A stretch of DNA of 64,000 bases, from contig OX597826.1 of assembly GCA_951406725.2 (NCBI GenBank), positions 79,670,001 to 79,734,000 of the forward strand, in the 5' to 3' direction. The notes below the pieces were generated by a model that searched no databases, was not told the origin of the DNA, and saw nothing but the letters and a program-made list of their open reading frames with translations. This stretch comes from Octopus vulgaris (taxonomy: Eukaryota). This document shows, one piece after another, positions 12,589-25,717 of the stretch. Each line of letters begins with the position of its first letter. The first letter of the stretch is position 1. The translations under genes and the position numbers were made by a program.

Positions 12589-13011
12589 GCAGGAGTGGCT
12601 GTGTGGTAAGTAGCTTGTTTACCAACCACATGGTTCCGGGTTCAGTCCCACTGCGTGGCACCTTGGGCAAGTGTCTTCTACTATAGCCTCGGGCCGACCA
12701 AAGCCTTGTGAGTGGATTTGGTAGACAGAAACTGAAAGAAGCCCGTCGTATATATGTAAATATATATATGCGTGTGTGTGTTTGTGTGTCTGTGTTTGTC
12801 CCCCCAACATCGTTTGACAACCGATGCTGGTGTGTTTACATCCCTATAACTTAGCGGTTCAGCAAAAGAGACCGATAGAATAAGTACTGGGCTTACAAAA
12901 GAATAAGTCCCGGGGTCGAGTTGCTCGATTAAAGGCGGTGCTCCAGCATGGCCGCAGTCAAATGACTGAAACAAGTAAAAAGAGTAAAAAGAGTAAAAAG
13001 AGTAAAAAGAG
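12589..13011 (+). mobile_element. SINE family A, full length
   Basis: A-box tggctgtgtgg, B-box-like ggttcagtccc, CORE-like ccttgggcaagtgtctt, internal (TA)n(TG)n, tail (GTAAAAAGA)4; about ten further copies or fragments in the window. Confidence 0.92.
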
Positions 13012-15078
13012 AATAAAGACAACAATCTCAGAAATCTGGAGGAGGGAATTTATGACCCTGAAAGTTTCCCATTGATCGGGTTGCCAGTGCTGCCTTCATA
13101 TGCAGTTTGAAATTAAATGGTGCTGTCCATGCAGAAATCCATGCAGTTTGAAATTAAATGGTGCTGTCCAAATTTATGTTGTCTTAAAATAGTAGGATTA
13201 TTTCGAACACCAAACCTGTTCTAAGCACGTGCACTCATTCTACAATAGATTCAAATTCTTTAAAGAACACACTGTAGTTTCAGTTAGATTTACGATTTAC
13301 GATTCCTTATTTTATTTTACGCAACCATTTCGGGTTTACAGAGAAGAGAAGACGGTAAATTATTTGTAATACGAAGCAATTCTGTTTCAGAAATTGTGTG
13401 ATTATCCATTTGCCCAGGAAAAAAAGATACCTGTAATTTACGTTACCTGTACATCTTCGAAAAAATACTTTGACTGAGACTTTACTTCCTAAATAATGTA
13501 TTACTCTTCTACAAAGACCTTTTAACACATTCATTTTGCGTTCTTAACAATACACTTCTGTTTTAAATACTGTTTTTCACATTCATAATATTTACTAACA
13601 ACCCTACACTACTCAAAGACAATATTTTAAATACACGTGTGGCGACCCTACCTGTACTTCCCTATTTGAAAAAATACGCTAACCACCTTAAAGCAGCCTG
13701 ATACTGAAATTCATTTCCTTGTAGGTTATATTTAGGATTTCTTATATAAAATACAGGGTAGTCAAATACATGTGGTATTCTGGTCGCTTTTTGGCCAAAA
13801 TCATTCGGTGTAATAATTTTAAAATGATTTTTACACAATTATTGTATAAATAATTGTTGATGTGACGAGGATTTATAAACTTCGCAAGAACGTGAAATAG
13901 TTTTCTTTCTTTCTTTTTCTTTTTGGGAAAAGTGATACTCAGAATAGATAAAGCTATTAACAACACCGTGAAAAATATTGGGTTAAGAAGATTTTTGAGT
14001 TGAAGCGGTTTGTTTATCTGCTTCGAGATTTACTGTACCAAATAAGAATTATAAATTTTATTTTATATTGAAATTAGATATTAGTGGGATTATTGTGTTG
14101 AAATAGCATTTTTTTCGTTTTCTATTATGAATAAAAATGAGTTGATATGTATGGTATCACCATCAAATATCAGATTGTGAATCTAGATTTTAGCGGTTGT
14201 TGACCATATTTGATAATCATGAGACAGTATTTCGAAAGGAAAGCAAAATAATCCTGGAATGGCTTATATAATATCCGTTCCAGTATTGGTCAGTCCAGCA
14301 TGAATTTGTAATAAAACAGTCGAAAAGACAATATTGATGCAATATCTAAGCTCCACAGTAAATAATCGTCTGCTAAGGAAAGCCGTAAATCCAAAATATT
14401 GCGTTTCGAGACGAAAATCAATGCAATTCGTAATCTGTAAATTATTCATTAGATTTATGGAAAAAAAAAACCCCTGTCTGTATAGGAAAAAATTTGAAAT
14501 CGCCAAACATGACAAGGAAATTATTATTTTAATATTTCGCTTAATTATGCGGCTGTTGAAAACTTATTGTTACGTTGATCAAATTATGCAGAAAAACACA
14601 AGAGTTTAGGGAACGTTCATTAAGTGGAAATCTAAGTTTAATTCTGTTTTAGAAAAAATAATAACTGCGTCGTTACAATTACAAACTATATTCAATTTTG
14701 CGCAGCAGGAATTAAATCCAGTCTCACCAACTAACTTGGCGGAAGCCAATTCTTTTGTCAGTGACTATTGGTGAATTATAGGACCTATCCACTAAGCGAA
14801 CCATTTTTTGTGTCTCTTCCATCAAAAAGGACGAAAATGTAAATGAACATTTTTATAGGATTTGAAGAAATTGCTTGCGTGCTGTTCAGTTTAACGGGTA
14901 TTTATATTCACTGGTATCTATGCCCATACATACATACATACATACATACATACATACATACATACATACATGCACATATATATATATATACATATATATA
15001 CATACAGACCATAGTAGAGTACAGTATAATGCTCATCAACCTTCAGATTTCACCCTGTTGGCTCAAACGTATTCAACC

Positions 15079-15109
<31 letters not shown>

Positions 15110-15283
15110 GGTGCCCCAGTATGGCCACAGCTCGTGAGCGGAAACTAGATAATATAAAAAAAAATTTTTTTAATAATATATATATAAGGTGTGTTATATA
15201 AGGATATAATTCTATACAAACTCAACAAAAAGTTGAAGATGGAGAAGAGGAGATGTTAAAAGATTTTATAAAATTTTAATCCA

Positions 15284-15403
15284 TGCATACGATCGTTTCG
15301 AATGATAACATCAACATGTAAGAAACATGGAAAAAATTTAATCAATTATAATTATAATTAAATTAACTTAATCTAATTCCGTATTACCATTCTCTTCAGT
15401 GTA
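15284..15403 (-). ncRNA. Type I hammerhead ribozyme motif with long loop II
   Basis: UACA-CUGAAGA-GAAUGGUAAU-(about 73 nt)-GUUAUCAUUC-GAAAC-GAUC-GUA-UGCA: intact core, 10 bp stem II, palindromic stem III ACGAUCGU, stem I 3 of 4 pairs. Confidence 0.7.
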
Positions 15404-15634
15404 AAAGATATAACTTTTATATGACTTTTAACATCTCTTCTCCATCTTTAATTGTTAGTTAAGTTTATATAAAATTATGTCCGATAAATGCTCATAACAC
15501 ACTCTTATACTTGTTAAATTTTCATATTTCTTAAATAAATATTTACATTAGTAAACTACAATTTTAATATAAAGAATCTTTATTAAAAATCTAACTTTGA
15601 ACCCCCACAAAGCAAAAACGTTCTAATTGAATTC

Positions 15635-15683
<49 letters not shown>

Positions 15684-16089
15684 ATACACACACATTTATG
15701 CCCATGTATATATATATATAAGTCTACGTGTATTTATGCATGTATATTTATGTCCTCATGTTTTAAGTACGTGTATTTACGTACATATATTTACCTCAAC
15801 TATTATTGACGTCTGCACGTATTTTCCGTTGTATATGTTTACCTCCATGTTCATTTATGTACGCATGTATATGCACGTGTATGTAGGTCCATGTATTTAC
15901 ATCCATGTGGATTTTAACTCCGTGTATTTGTGCATGTTTCCTCCACATGATGTTTTATCTTTACCTACGCTTATGCACGTGCTCATGTGTTTTGATGGCC
16001 TCTTGTATGTAATCAGATGTGTTGACGTAGGTGTATTTACGAAAGAGATTTATAACTTTACTTATGTTTAGGTGTATTTATGTTCACGG

Positions 16090-17460
16090 ACAAAATAACA
16101 AAAGGAATTGTCGAAAATGTATAAAGATTTGGACGTGCAACTTAACAAACTGCACGGGAAAGTGTATGATGATTGGTTTCAAGGAAGTATCGAAGCTATA
16201 TAAAACGCAGAATGTTTAGTGCTGCCGTTCCCAGGAATTGCAATTTATTATAGTTAAAGGCGCGAAGATGTTAACATCAGCAATAATTCTATGGCCACAA
16301 GGAAGATTTGTGTTGACTTCAGTGTAAAGAAAAAACAAACAAAAATGTGAAAATATATAAATCATAGTACAGCTAAGAATGAAATATTGAATTGAAACAA
16401 GCTATACCAAGCCACAAATTTTCTTTTCTGAAATTAGATAGTTTTTTCTCGAAGAGGCATTCATTCTTTGTCACTTGCTGGTTATACAGATATACCAGTA
16501 ATACTAGACAAAATTGCTTCTGAATCAAATCATTAATCTTTCAACGATGCTCTCTCATAGATTCCTGGTGACAAATTTTGGCATTTAGTTTCACTGATAA
16601 TTTCTCAGGTTTTTCTGAGATTTAAGCAGCCTTTATGGCATGCATTCATTGTGACTTAGAAGTTGCATAGGTGCAAGTGTAGTATTTAACAGCAGATTAT
16701 GTAGATTAAAACGTAGGACTATGCGATTAACGGTATTTATGTTTTAGTTAAAGCAATCTCAAACACAACACAGAATCCGTTGCTAACAGGAGAAGCGATA
16801 GCAAAGTCAATGGTCAAACTTCCAAGTAATTTGATTGAACAGCATTACCGCCAAAACAGTTACGATCGTATATTCTCGTTAAAGGTAAGGTCTTCTCTAA
16901 GTTTAATTCATGTTCTTTAAACTCTGTGTCTTGTTCCCTGTAAAATAGATCAGTTGCTGCCTTGAGTTTTAGCAGCAACCAGGGAGTAATGTGTGGAGAA
17001 ATGACAAATCCAAACTCATTTTATCAGGATTCTCAATAGATTTCGATACGTTTCGAAGAAAATTCACACAGTCTGCTTCTTTAGTCGGATCCATTTGTTC
17101 CTTACCATTTTGTCTACGGGTTGGTTCTTCAATATGTGAATAATCAGTATCTGTGCTGCAGAGGTTGAAGTCACTGAGCCAATCAACCGTGAAGAAAGAA
17201 AGACTCAGTTGTTTTGCCTTGTTAAATATTGCTCAACATTAATTGGAAGTGAAAGCCATTAAAAGAAAGAGAATATCAACGTAGATTTTATTCTTTGGGT
17301 AAACTAAAGACTTGTAAGATCCTTCTTCAGACTAGCTCTGCTTTTTCATTATCAGTGTATTTATATTTCAAATCATAAATGGCCCGTAGCAACTTCTCCG
17401 AATTTTCTGAATATATACAAATAATATCCTTTCAAAATTTGCCCAATTAATCTTTGAAGT
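16090..17460 (-). mobile_element. Possible highly decayed LINE remnant
   Basis: Interrupts a degenerate minisatellite (15695-16085 and 17465-17595); only faint RT-like peptides (SPG, KTYLIS) on the minus strand. Confidence 0.25.
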
Positions 17461-18294
17461 TAGATATGTACGCACATTGATGCCCACGTGTCCACAAAGA
17501 CTTAAGCTGACATTATTCACATCTACGTGTATTGATGTTCACATCTATTGATGCTCAAATATATTAATGCTCACCTGTATTTAGGCTTACGTGTCTTTGT
17601 AATATATTTTTCGATTGCATAAGTATTGCCGCAAATATTGTATTACTACCACATTTTCTATTTAATTGTATACGAAGCTACAACGCGAATTATTTACTAT
17701 TTGCTGTTGCTGAATCCCACAGCGATTCACCCTGAGCTAAGCTATTATCAAAGTTATTTCAGTTTCAGCCACCTACGTCTTTTTTCATATAGAAGACTAC
17801 ATAGTCTAAAGTTTCTCTCTTTCGCAAAGAGAGTTCTGTGTGTCTTGAAGAAGATTTCACTGATAATAAACAGGAGATTTGCTTGCTGGCTCGAGTATTG
17901 TCTGTTAGTAGCTGTAAGCTCTAAAATATCTGCCAGGGTTGCGTCAACATAATAACCACTTCATAAGAAATCCTAAACTTTCACAGTTCTGATGGCAAAA
18001 ATGCCGCTTCTTGAAATGCTAAATCGTTCAGGACTATTAAGTTCATCTGACCATTATACTCACGAGGCCAAACGAGTTTGAAAAATATACGGACATCGTA
18101 AAGATCAAATACCATTCAGCTTATATTTCATTATTCTATGATCGAATTTGATTTCTATATGGACAGAAGGAAAATGGCATTGGAAATTGGAGATCTTTGT
18201 ACATAGGAATTAAATTATGGGAGGTGATAGTATGTTATTCCGTCCCATTTTTGACAACCTAACACTTCCATTTTCGACGTTGTTATTGCCATAT

Positions 18295-18361
18295 ACATAC
18301 ATACATACATACATACATGCATACATACATACATACATACATACATACATACATACATACA

Positions 18362-18393
<32 letters not shown>

Positions 18394-18466
18394 CATACAT
18401 ACATAGATACATACATACGTACATACATACACACATACGTACATACGTACATACGTACTTACATAC

Positions 18467-18500
<34 letters not shown>
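18295..18500. repeat. (CATA)n then (TA)n compound microsatellite
   Basis: Direct reading. Confidence 0.95.
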
Positions 18501-18504
<4 letters not shown>

Positions 18505-18684
18505 GGTTGAATATGTTTGAGCCAACAGGGTGAAATCTGAAGGTGGATAAGCATTATACTGTACTCTACTATGATCTTAACAAAATATAACAGGTATTAT
18601 ATATATATATATTTATATTTTCAAACTCGTTTGGCCTCGTGAGTATAATGGTCAGATGAACTTAATAGTCCTGAATGATTTAGC

Positions 18685-18723
<39 letters not shown>

Positions 18724-18755
18724 CTACAAAATTTTTTGCCACCCTATATTGATTA

Positions 18756-18844
<89 letters not shown>

Positions 18845-18871
18845 GTATATATGTATATGTATGTATGTAAG

Positions 18872-18909
<38 letters not shown>

Positions 18910-18911
<2 letters not shown>

Positions 18912-19110
18912 TGGAACTTACAAAGAAAAACTAACAAAACAAAAGAAGACGGGTATGTAAATAACAAACGGATGTATTAGTTTAACGCTCGGGAAGTGAG
19001 AAAGTCTTTTACGTTTCGAGCCTACGCTCTTCAACAGAAAGGAACACAGAAATAAACTGGGAGAGAAAATAATAAAAAGGTTTAGTGGCTAGCGATCAAT
19101 CATGGCGAAT
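18910..19110 (-). mobile_element. (TA)n-anchored small repeat with variant hammerhead motif
   Basis: Same family as 8205-8385 and 30255-30372. Confidence 0.7.
19006..19041 (-). ncRNA. Variant minimal hammerhead motif (CUGUUGA core)
   Basis: CUUU-CUGUUGA-A-GAGC-guag-GCUC-GAAAC-GUA-AAAG: all stems pair, core differs from CUGANGA at A6. Confidence 0.55.
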
Positions 19111-19179
19111 ACACATATATGTCTATGTGTATGTATGTTTGTATGTATATATATATACATTATATATATATTATATATA

Positions 19180-19271
<92 letters not shown>

Positions 19272-21428
19272 TGTATGTATATATTAATTCCTAATATTGC
19301 TATAACATTTAGTTATTCCCAAGACAATAACGGCTTTTAAATGTATTTCTAGATAATGGCAACGTATATTTACTTCGAACGGAATTGTATGCAAATACAT
19401 GAAAGAAGAGAAGAAAAGAGACAAAGGTAAATATCAGATATTATGTGGGGAATTACTCTGGGGAAAATACTGTTTTTTTTTTTTTATGGAGCCAAGATTA
19501 AATCCCTGTATGAGAGGCTCTACTAATATTCAGGTTTTGAATTCATCGACTGGCGGTTGAGAAATGATGGCAGTGCCTCATTCTGACTCCATTGGGTTGT
19601 ATTTTAATGGTGGATTATAAGACATTAAGTAATATAGAATCAAAATATATATATGGAGATGGCGGGGATAATTTTAGGCATACATGCTTACATACAAAAA
19701 TACATACATACATATATAAATACGCATGTACATATATTAACATGCATACATTTATTCACACATATACACGCATATATGTATTTCTCACTCTCTCTGTGAC
19801 TATCTATCTATCTATATACCCGCCTGTCTGTCTGTCTCTCTCAATGTATACATATATATATAATACATATATATATATATATAGTATACAGTATACATAC
19901 ATACATACATGTATATATATGTAAATAATAGTGATAGTAGGGAATATAATTCCAAACTTACAGGGAAAAATTCAATTTAGCAATTCTAAATCACATTTCC
20001 CAATATATAATATATGTATATAATTAAGAGAAATAACCTCTATTTTTCTATATAATATAGATAATGTCTTTCACTATTGAATTACTTAAAAGAGTCTATT
20101 TCTTTTAATTATATATATATATATATATATATTATACAGTATATATATATATATATACATACATACAGTATAAACACGCACGTGCACATGCACTCACCAT
20201 ACACACACACAAACACACAGGCACACACACACACACACACACACACGTATAGACGCGTCTGTGTATATCGAACGTGGAACCGTTTGGGGACGAAATGATA
20301 TTCTTCGCCACATTCCCATTTTGCTGTTTATTCTATTTCATCAAATTTGGTGCGATTTGAATTCGGAACTTGAAGAGATGGAATCAAATACTTCAAGGAA
20401 TTTTGTTCGACGCACTTTCGAATCTCTCATACCCTATTGATCACATTCCATTTATCCGAGATCGATCAAATAAATACCGATCTTGCAGTCGTATCGATTT
20501 AATTAACCATACCGTTGTCTGGCCTTGAGCCAAAGCTAAGAAACCTCATTGTGCGCCATTACCAACGTATCCAGTCATGAAACCCGTTAGATTTTGTTTT
20601 GTTTATGTGGACCAAGTCAATTTGATTGATAGTTTGGCTATCACCCTCGTCTGTTATTTCAGAAATTATGTAAGCTACGAACTTCGTATATATTTTATTT
20701 TGTCTTTTGATCAATGATTAATTACTAAATGAAACAATTTCTTGTTTTCGTTCGCCGATAATTTACATTTTTAGCAAGTTATTGTGATATTAATTACACA
20801 AACCGGCTCTATTTAACGTGTCAGGAGTGAGACGACCTCCAGGTTATGTGAAAAATGAAGCGGCTTATACGAAAAACGAAATCAGTCACAAACATTTAGT
20901 TACGTAGCAAAAACTGTTCATATGTTAATAGTCTAGTAGTTAATAGCAATAATATACACTGAAATAGCCCCCGATAGATACAGAAAAAGGTTTGTCAATG
21001 GGCAAAATCTTTTGAACATCGAAAAATTCCTGGCGACAGTTTGTCCGATTCGTTTCGTTTTTTATTCACCCCTTATACTACACCGGCTTTAATAATTCTC
21101 TATCATTGGAGTTATTTATTCCCCACCTCTCTTTCTTACTGTCTTTTTCACTGACTCTCTTAATAGTTTACACAGGATTGAGACGAGACAAGGGGCAGCA
21201 CTCACAGTGCATTCTTCCTTCTGGAAATGGAAGAGGATTGTACGGAAGGCTACTAACCTCTTCTCATCTAGTATGCTGCAAAAGGTTAACCAAAGAAACA
21301 ATAAAACATGGTGGCCTTCGAAGGAAGGCTTTTAAAATGTATGTTTGTTTGCATTCGTCAAATTCTTCCATTATGTAGCAGACTAGGAATAAATCCAATC
21401 CAACATAGCTTTTTTACTGGTTATTGCC

Positions 21429-21473
<45 letters not shown>

Positions 21474-21475
<2 letters not shown>

Positions 21476-22029
21476 GCTCTGATGCAGTACCAGGCAGTAG
21501 CTCTCATGACTTCTGATCTTAACTGTTTGGAAGTGTTATCATGTACATTGTTTTGTCTTGGTATAAAAGATAGGCCTCAGCAAATATTCTGCTCAATACC
21601 TCAGATTTGCTTGTAAATTGTTTGACCTTAACCAGTTGAGTATGTCCCTTTGTGACTGATGATATGTGCATCTCTAATCACGAGCGGAAGTAGTGGGAGA
21701 GCATCATAGCTACGTGTCGAGAGGGATTCTTTGGGGTTTGGATAATTCACTTTTGGAAACATGGGTGGTTCGTTCAAAATCCTTAAACAACCCTTATTCA
21801 GGGACCTTTTGAGCGGGAAGGGCTACTTGATCTAAAGAACATTATAACTGGGCCCCACTTGCAAGGTCTTGCGCTGTTTATCTTGATATGAGATTACTAT
21901 GTTGCCCACATCTGGTTGTGATGCATGTGCCTGGTGTACCCTTATCAGACAGGTAGTCATAATGGGTATACTGAGCTTCATATATTTAACCCCAGTGTCA
22001 CTTTGATGACATGCACTGCTCTCGCACTT
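21474..22029 (+). mobile_element. Family D non-coding retroelement-like repeat inside (AAT)n
   Basis: About 555 bp, homologous to 41083-41545, (AAT)n on both sides, no tRNA boxes or TIRs seen. Confidence 0.8.
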
Positions 22030-22925
22030 AATAATAATAAGTATGCAACAGGTTTGTCACACATGTCTAATTTCGAATTCTGTCTTTCATCCTTTCGAAA
22101 ATTGATAAAATATGTACCAGTCGAGTACTAGGGTCAGTGCAATCGACTACCCACTTTCTCCCTAAATTTCAAGCATTTTCCTTTAGTAGAAAGAATTACT
22201 AGTGGAACGGTCTGTTGCATAAACATGTTTATGTTTCACGGTAATCAAATTCAGTCCTTGCTCTTTCAAGCTGAAATCACACTAATATTACACTTGCCAT
22301 TCGTCTTGCCGTAGGAGAAGAGAATATGCACAGCATTGAATCACTGGAAGCGATTTAAACGTTTGTTTCAAGCAGCAAAATTTATGGTCTTGTAACAATA
22401 TCAGAAATACTTACTATTACTGGTCTGAATAGTAGTCTTACTAGTAGCAGCAGCAGTAATACTCAGTATTCTCTGCAATAAAATCTCTCAAAGCAATCTT
22501 CAGTTTCAGAAATCGATTGCTCCTATTTTAAATTATTACTTAATCAATATATTTCAACACAATAATTATTATACTAAACGCTTCCTTTCCTCGTCATTCT
22601 TTTCCTTCCCCACAACCTTTTTTTCTGAATGCGCCCCAAGCGCTCCATGCACCCCGAGCTCCCCATGTGCCCCACTCCCGCCGGATTTTTATGTATTGAT
22701 TATTTTAGTTCATTTGTTGTTCCACTTTGATCACAGTTTCTTTATCGATTGGTCTTCGATGATGTAAATGTTTCTTGGTTGTAACTTCACTTCACTGTAG
22801 GAATGTTCAGATATGCACTACTAACTCTCCCTCTTTTACTCTTGGTCTACTGCTCATGCCGTATATGCTTACGCATGTGCAGACATGCGCACAGCAGCAC
22901 TCACACACAAACATACACACATACA

Positions 22926-22986
<61 letters not shown>

Positions 22987-23279
22987 ATATATATGTACAT
23001 CTGAGTGTGTATATGTATGCATGCGTGTTTATATATTTATATATATGTGTGTATGTATATTTGTATATATATATATGTGTGTGTGTGTGTATGCATATGT
23101 CGTGGGGCTGTTTGTAAGAGGTTGATAATTCATTCTGTGGCAGAGTTTCTCGTTACGTGCGATCGCTCAGGCGACAAAAAAAGATGAATTTTCCGAATAA
23201 AGTCTACAATGTATATTGAACGTTCGTTCTCTTATTTGCATCACTAAAAGTGTCTGCATACTTTTAGACCTTCCTACCT

Positions 23280-23417
23280 ACCTACCTACCTACATATCTA
23301 CATATCTACATACATACGTACGTACATACATACATACATACATACATACATACATACATACATACATACATACATACATACATACATACATACATACATA
23401 CATACATACATACATAC
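23280..23417. repeat. (CCTA)/(CATA)n microsatellite
   Basis: Direct reading. Confidence 0.95.
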
Positions 23418-24285
23418 GTATGAATATATGTATATATATTGATTAACATTATCCAAAGATTAAGAAGAGTTTCACAATAAAGAATTTAACAACTGCAAAG
23501 ATGAGATGATGAGGATAATCGTACAAATCTGAAGCGTAAATACTGAAATTAAGCACTCATTGTAAACCACCAGCCACATGCACAAACATATCCATGTAGA
23601 ACACTACACATCGTTTGGGCGATAATTTGGAATGCCAAGTATACTTTTTAAAGATGCAATTCTGCATCGCTGTGAAATCTACACTAATTTCAACAGAAAT
23701 TCGTGAGATTCATTTAGCCCTGTCATGTTTTATATAGAACTTACACATACGATAAACTAACAATTTCTCTGTAGAGCGAAGATGGTAACAAGGCTAGGAC
23801 TAAAAGCAAGTCAGATGAGTTTTTCTTTCTGCCTACGAAGAGAAAAACACGTCGGTTTACTTTCCATTATGAGACTAAACTGCGTATACGAATGTATGCA
23901 TGTGTATGTATGTGTATGTATGTGTGACTATGTATGTATGCTAGGTCGCTCTTTCGCTATTGGTAATATGTAACCCAGGACACTCTGTTGCTTGGTCAAA
24001 TCGTCGGCGACTAAACCAGCAATCCCGTCAAGTTCCTTGGTGAGGAAGGTGAATTTCGGACAAGACCCGTCAAAGGGCGGAGCAGCTCAGGAAAGTCAAT
24101 GACAATCCTGTATAGTCAAGAGTCAATGGTGCTCACATGTCATAGTGAGGATAATCCTTCTTGGAGAAGGATCTCTCTGAAAAGGAAACTGTTCAACGAT
24201 AATATTTTGCACAGAAAAAAATTATGACATGAAGATGTAGTTTCATCTATGAACGACTGATAAAAAAAATGTATGTATGTATATA

Positions 24286-24332
<47 letters not shown>

Positions 24333-25614
24333 GTGTGTATTTGTGTGCAATTGTGCGTGTGTACTTGTATTAACCTTGTCGTCCTTTTTTTTCGCTGTAT
24401 CTCTATAAGGTTTCTTAGTTAAAACCTTGAATACAAAATGAAATTAAAGATTTACAGATGTTTGTCTCCCAGTTATTCTTTCTGTCTCTCTCTCACTCTC
24501 TCTCTCACTCTCTTTATCCCTCTCACTGTCACTCTTTCTTTGTCATTTTCTTTTTATTTCTCTCCATGAGAACCCCTTCTTTTATTTCCTATGGTTTCAT
24601 GGGCATTTATGCTGGATGTGGATTTTTACCGAAATTGGATTCTCTTCATAATCCCAAAATTCAATTTTCGCAACGAAGAGCCTATAAAGCGGCTAATCGA
24701 TAGTATCTTTTGTTATTATTGGTACTTATTTCATCAACTTAGGAGTAATAAGAATTTACAGTCGCTTCTCTAATTTTACGATCTCTGTGCAGAAATACAA
24801 CAGTAAATATTTTATATCCCTCGTTACCTGTCATTGCAGCGTTGTGACTAAAAGCTACGATTTGAACGAAAATTTATGTCAACAAGAAAGTCCAAGCCAC
24901 CGGAGAAACCTCTATGTGGTCGTGAAATCTGCAAGAAATACTAACGAAATCCTTCGCAAATTACACATTTCGTTTTAAAAAGGTGAGGAAGTCCCTGAAT
25001 AATATTGTCTTTATTCTCTAATGAGTATATCTATGGCAGCGATTCTATTGATCATAGTTTTAACCAGTATATTATTGGTGCATTTAACAAACGCTGTGGT
25101 CGATCAGATTGACCTACTATTTTTCTAGTACGTTTAAGAATGGTATTGTTGTAGGTAGTGACCACAGTATGTAACTGGTACGAATAAAAGTGAAGTGATA
25201 TTAACAAGGTATTTTACCGTAGCTTAATGCTGTATGTTTAAGAAGGTATCGTCAATAGAATAAACTTAAGTATGCAACTGGTACGGTTGAAATTGTATTT
25301 TTGCTGATATTCACCCCAGTATATAACTGGTATGCTTTTTGTTTTAATTTGTTATACTTGCATTGGTTTCCACCATTGGACTGCGATCATATCTAGAAGG
25401 GTTTTAGTCTATCAAATCGCCCCCCCCTAATATTTTCCCTATAGCAAGGTACGTATCCCATCGGTTTCTGTTGTGCCGAAACGCTAAGTTACTTGGACGT
25501 CGAGAAACACTGATTGAGAAGCCGTGTCAAGTTACAACGGAAGAAAGTGAGAAAAAAAAAAGAAACACCCACGCGCACGCTCATCAGACGAATGCAAATA
25601 CGAACATATATATA

Positions 25615-25717
25615 TTTCTTTATTGCCCACAGCGGGCTAAACATAGAGGGACAAACAAAGACAGACAAAGGGATGAAAGGATGAAAGGCAAAGTCGACCT
25701 CGGCGGAATTTGAACTC
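25615..25717 (-). mobile_element. SINE family C, internally deleted fragment
   Basis: Tail plus gaaaggcaaagtcgacctcggcggaatttgaactca. Confidence 0.8.

Noticed and set aside
12449-13025. Recurrent ORFs such as RRASFSFRLPNPLTRLWSARG
   Set aside because: Chance translations of SINE family A; they recur because the SINE recurs.
13101-13170. Direct repeat of about 30 bp (also a 16 bp tandem at 7243-7276)
   Set aside because: Two-unit local duplications; not CRISPR-like, and the DNA is eukaryotic.
23970-24190. GC-richer islands (also 54190-54430 and 56420-56560)
   Set aside because: Likely repeat fragments, but single-copy in this window and without diagnostic motifs.
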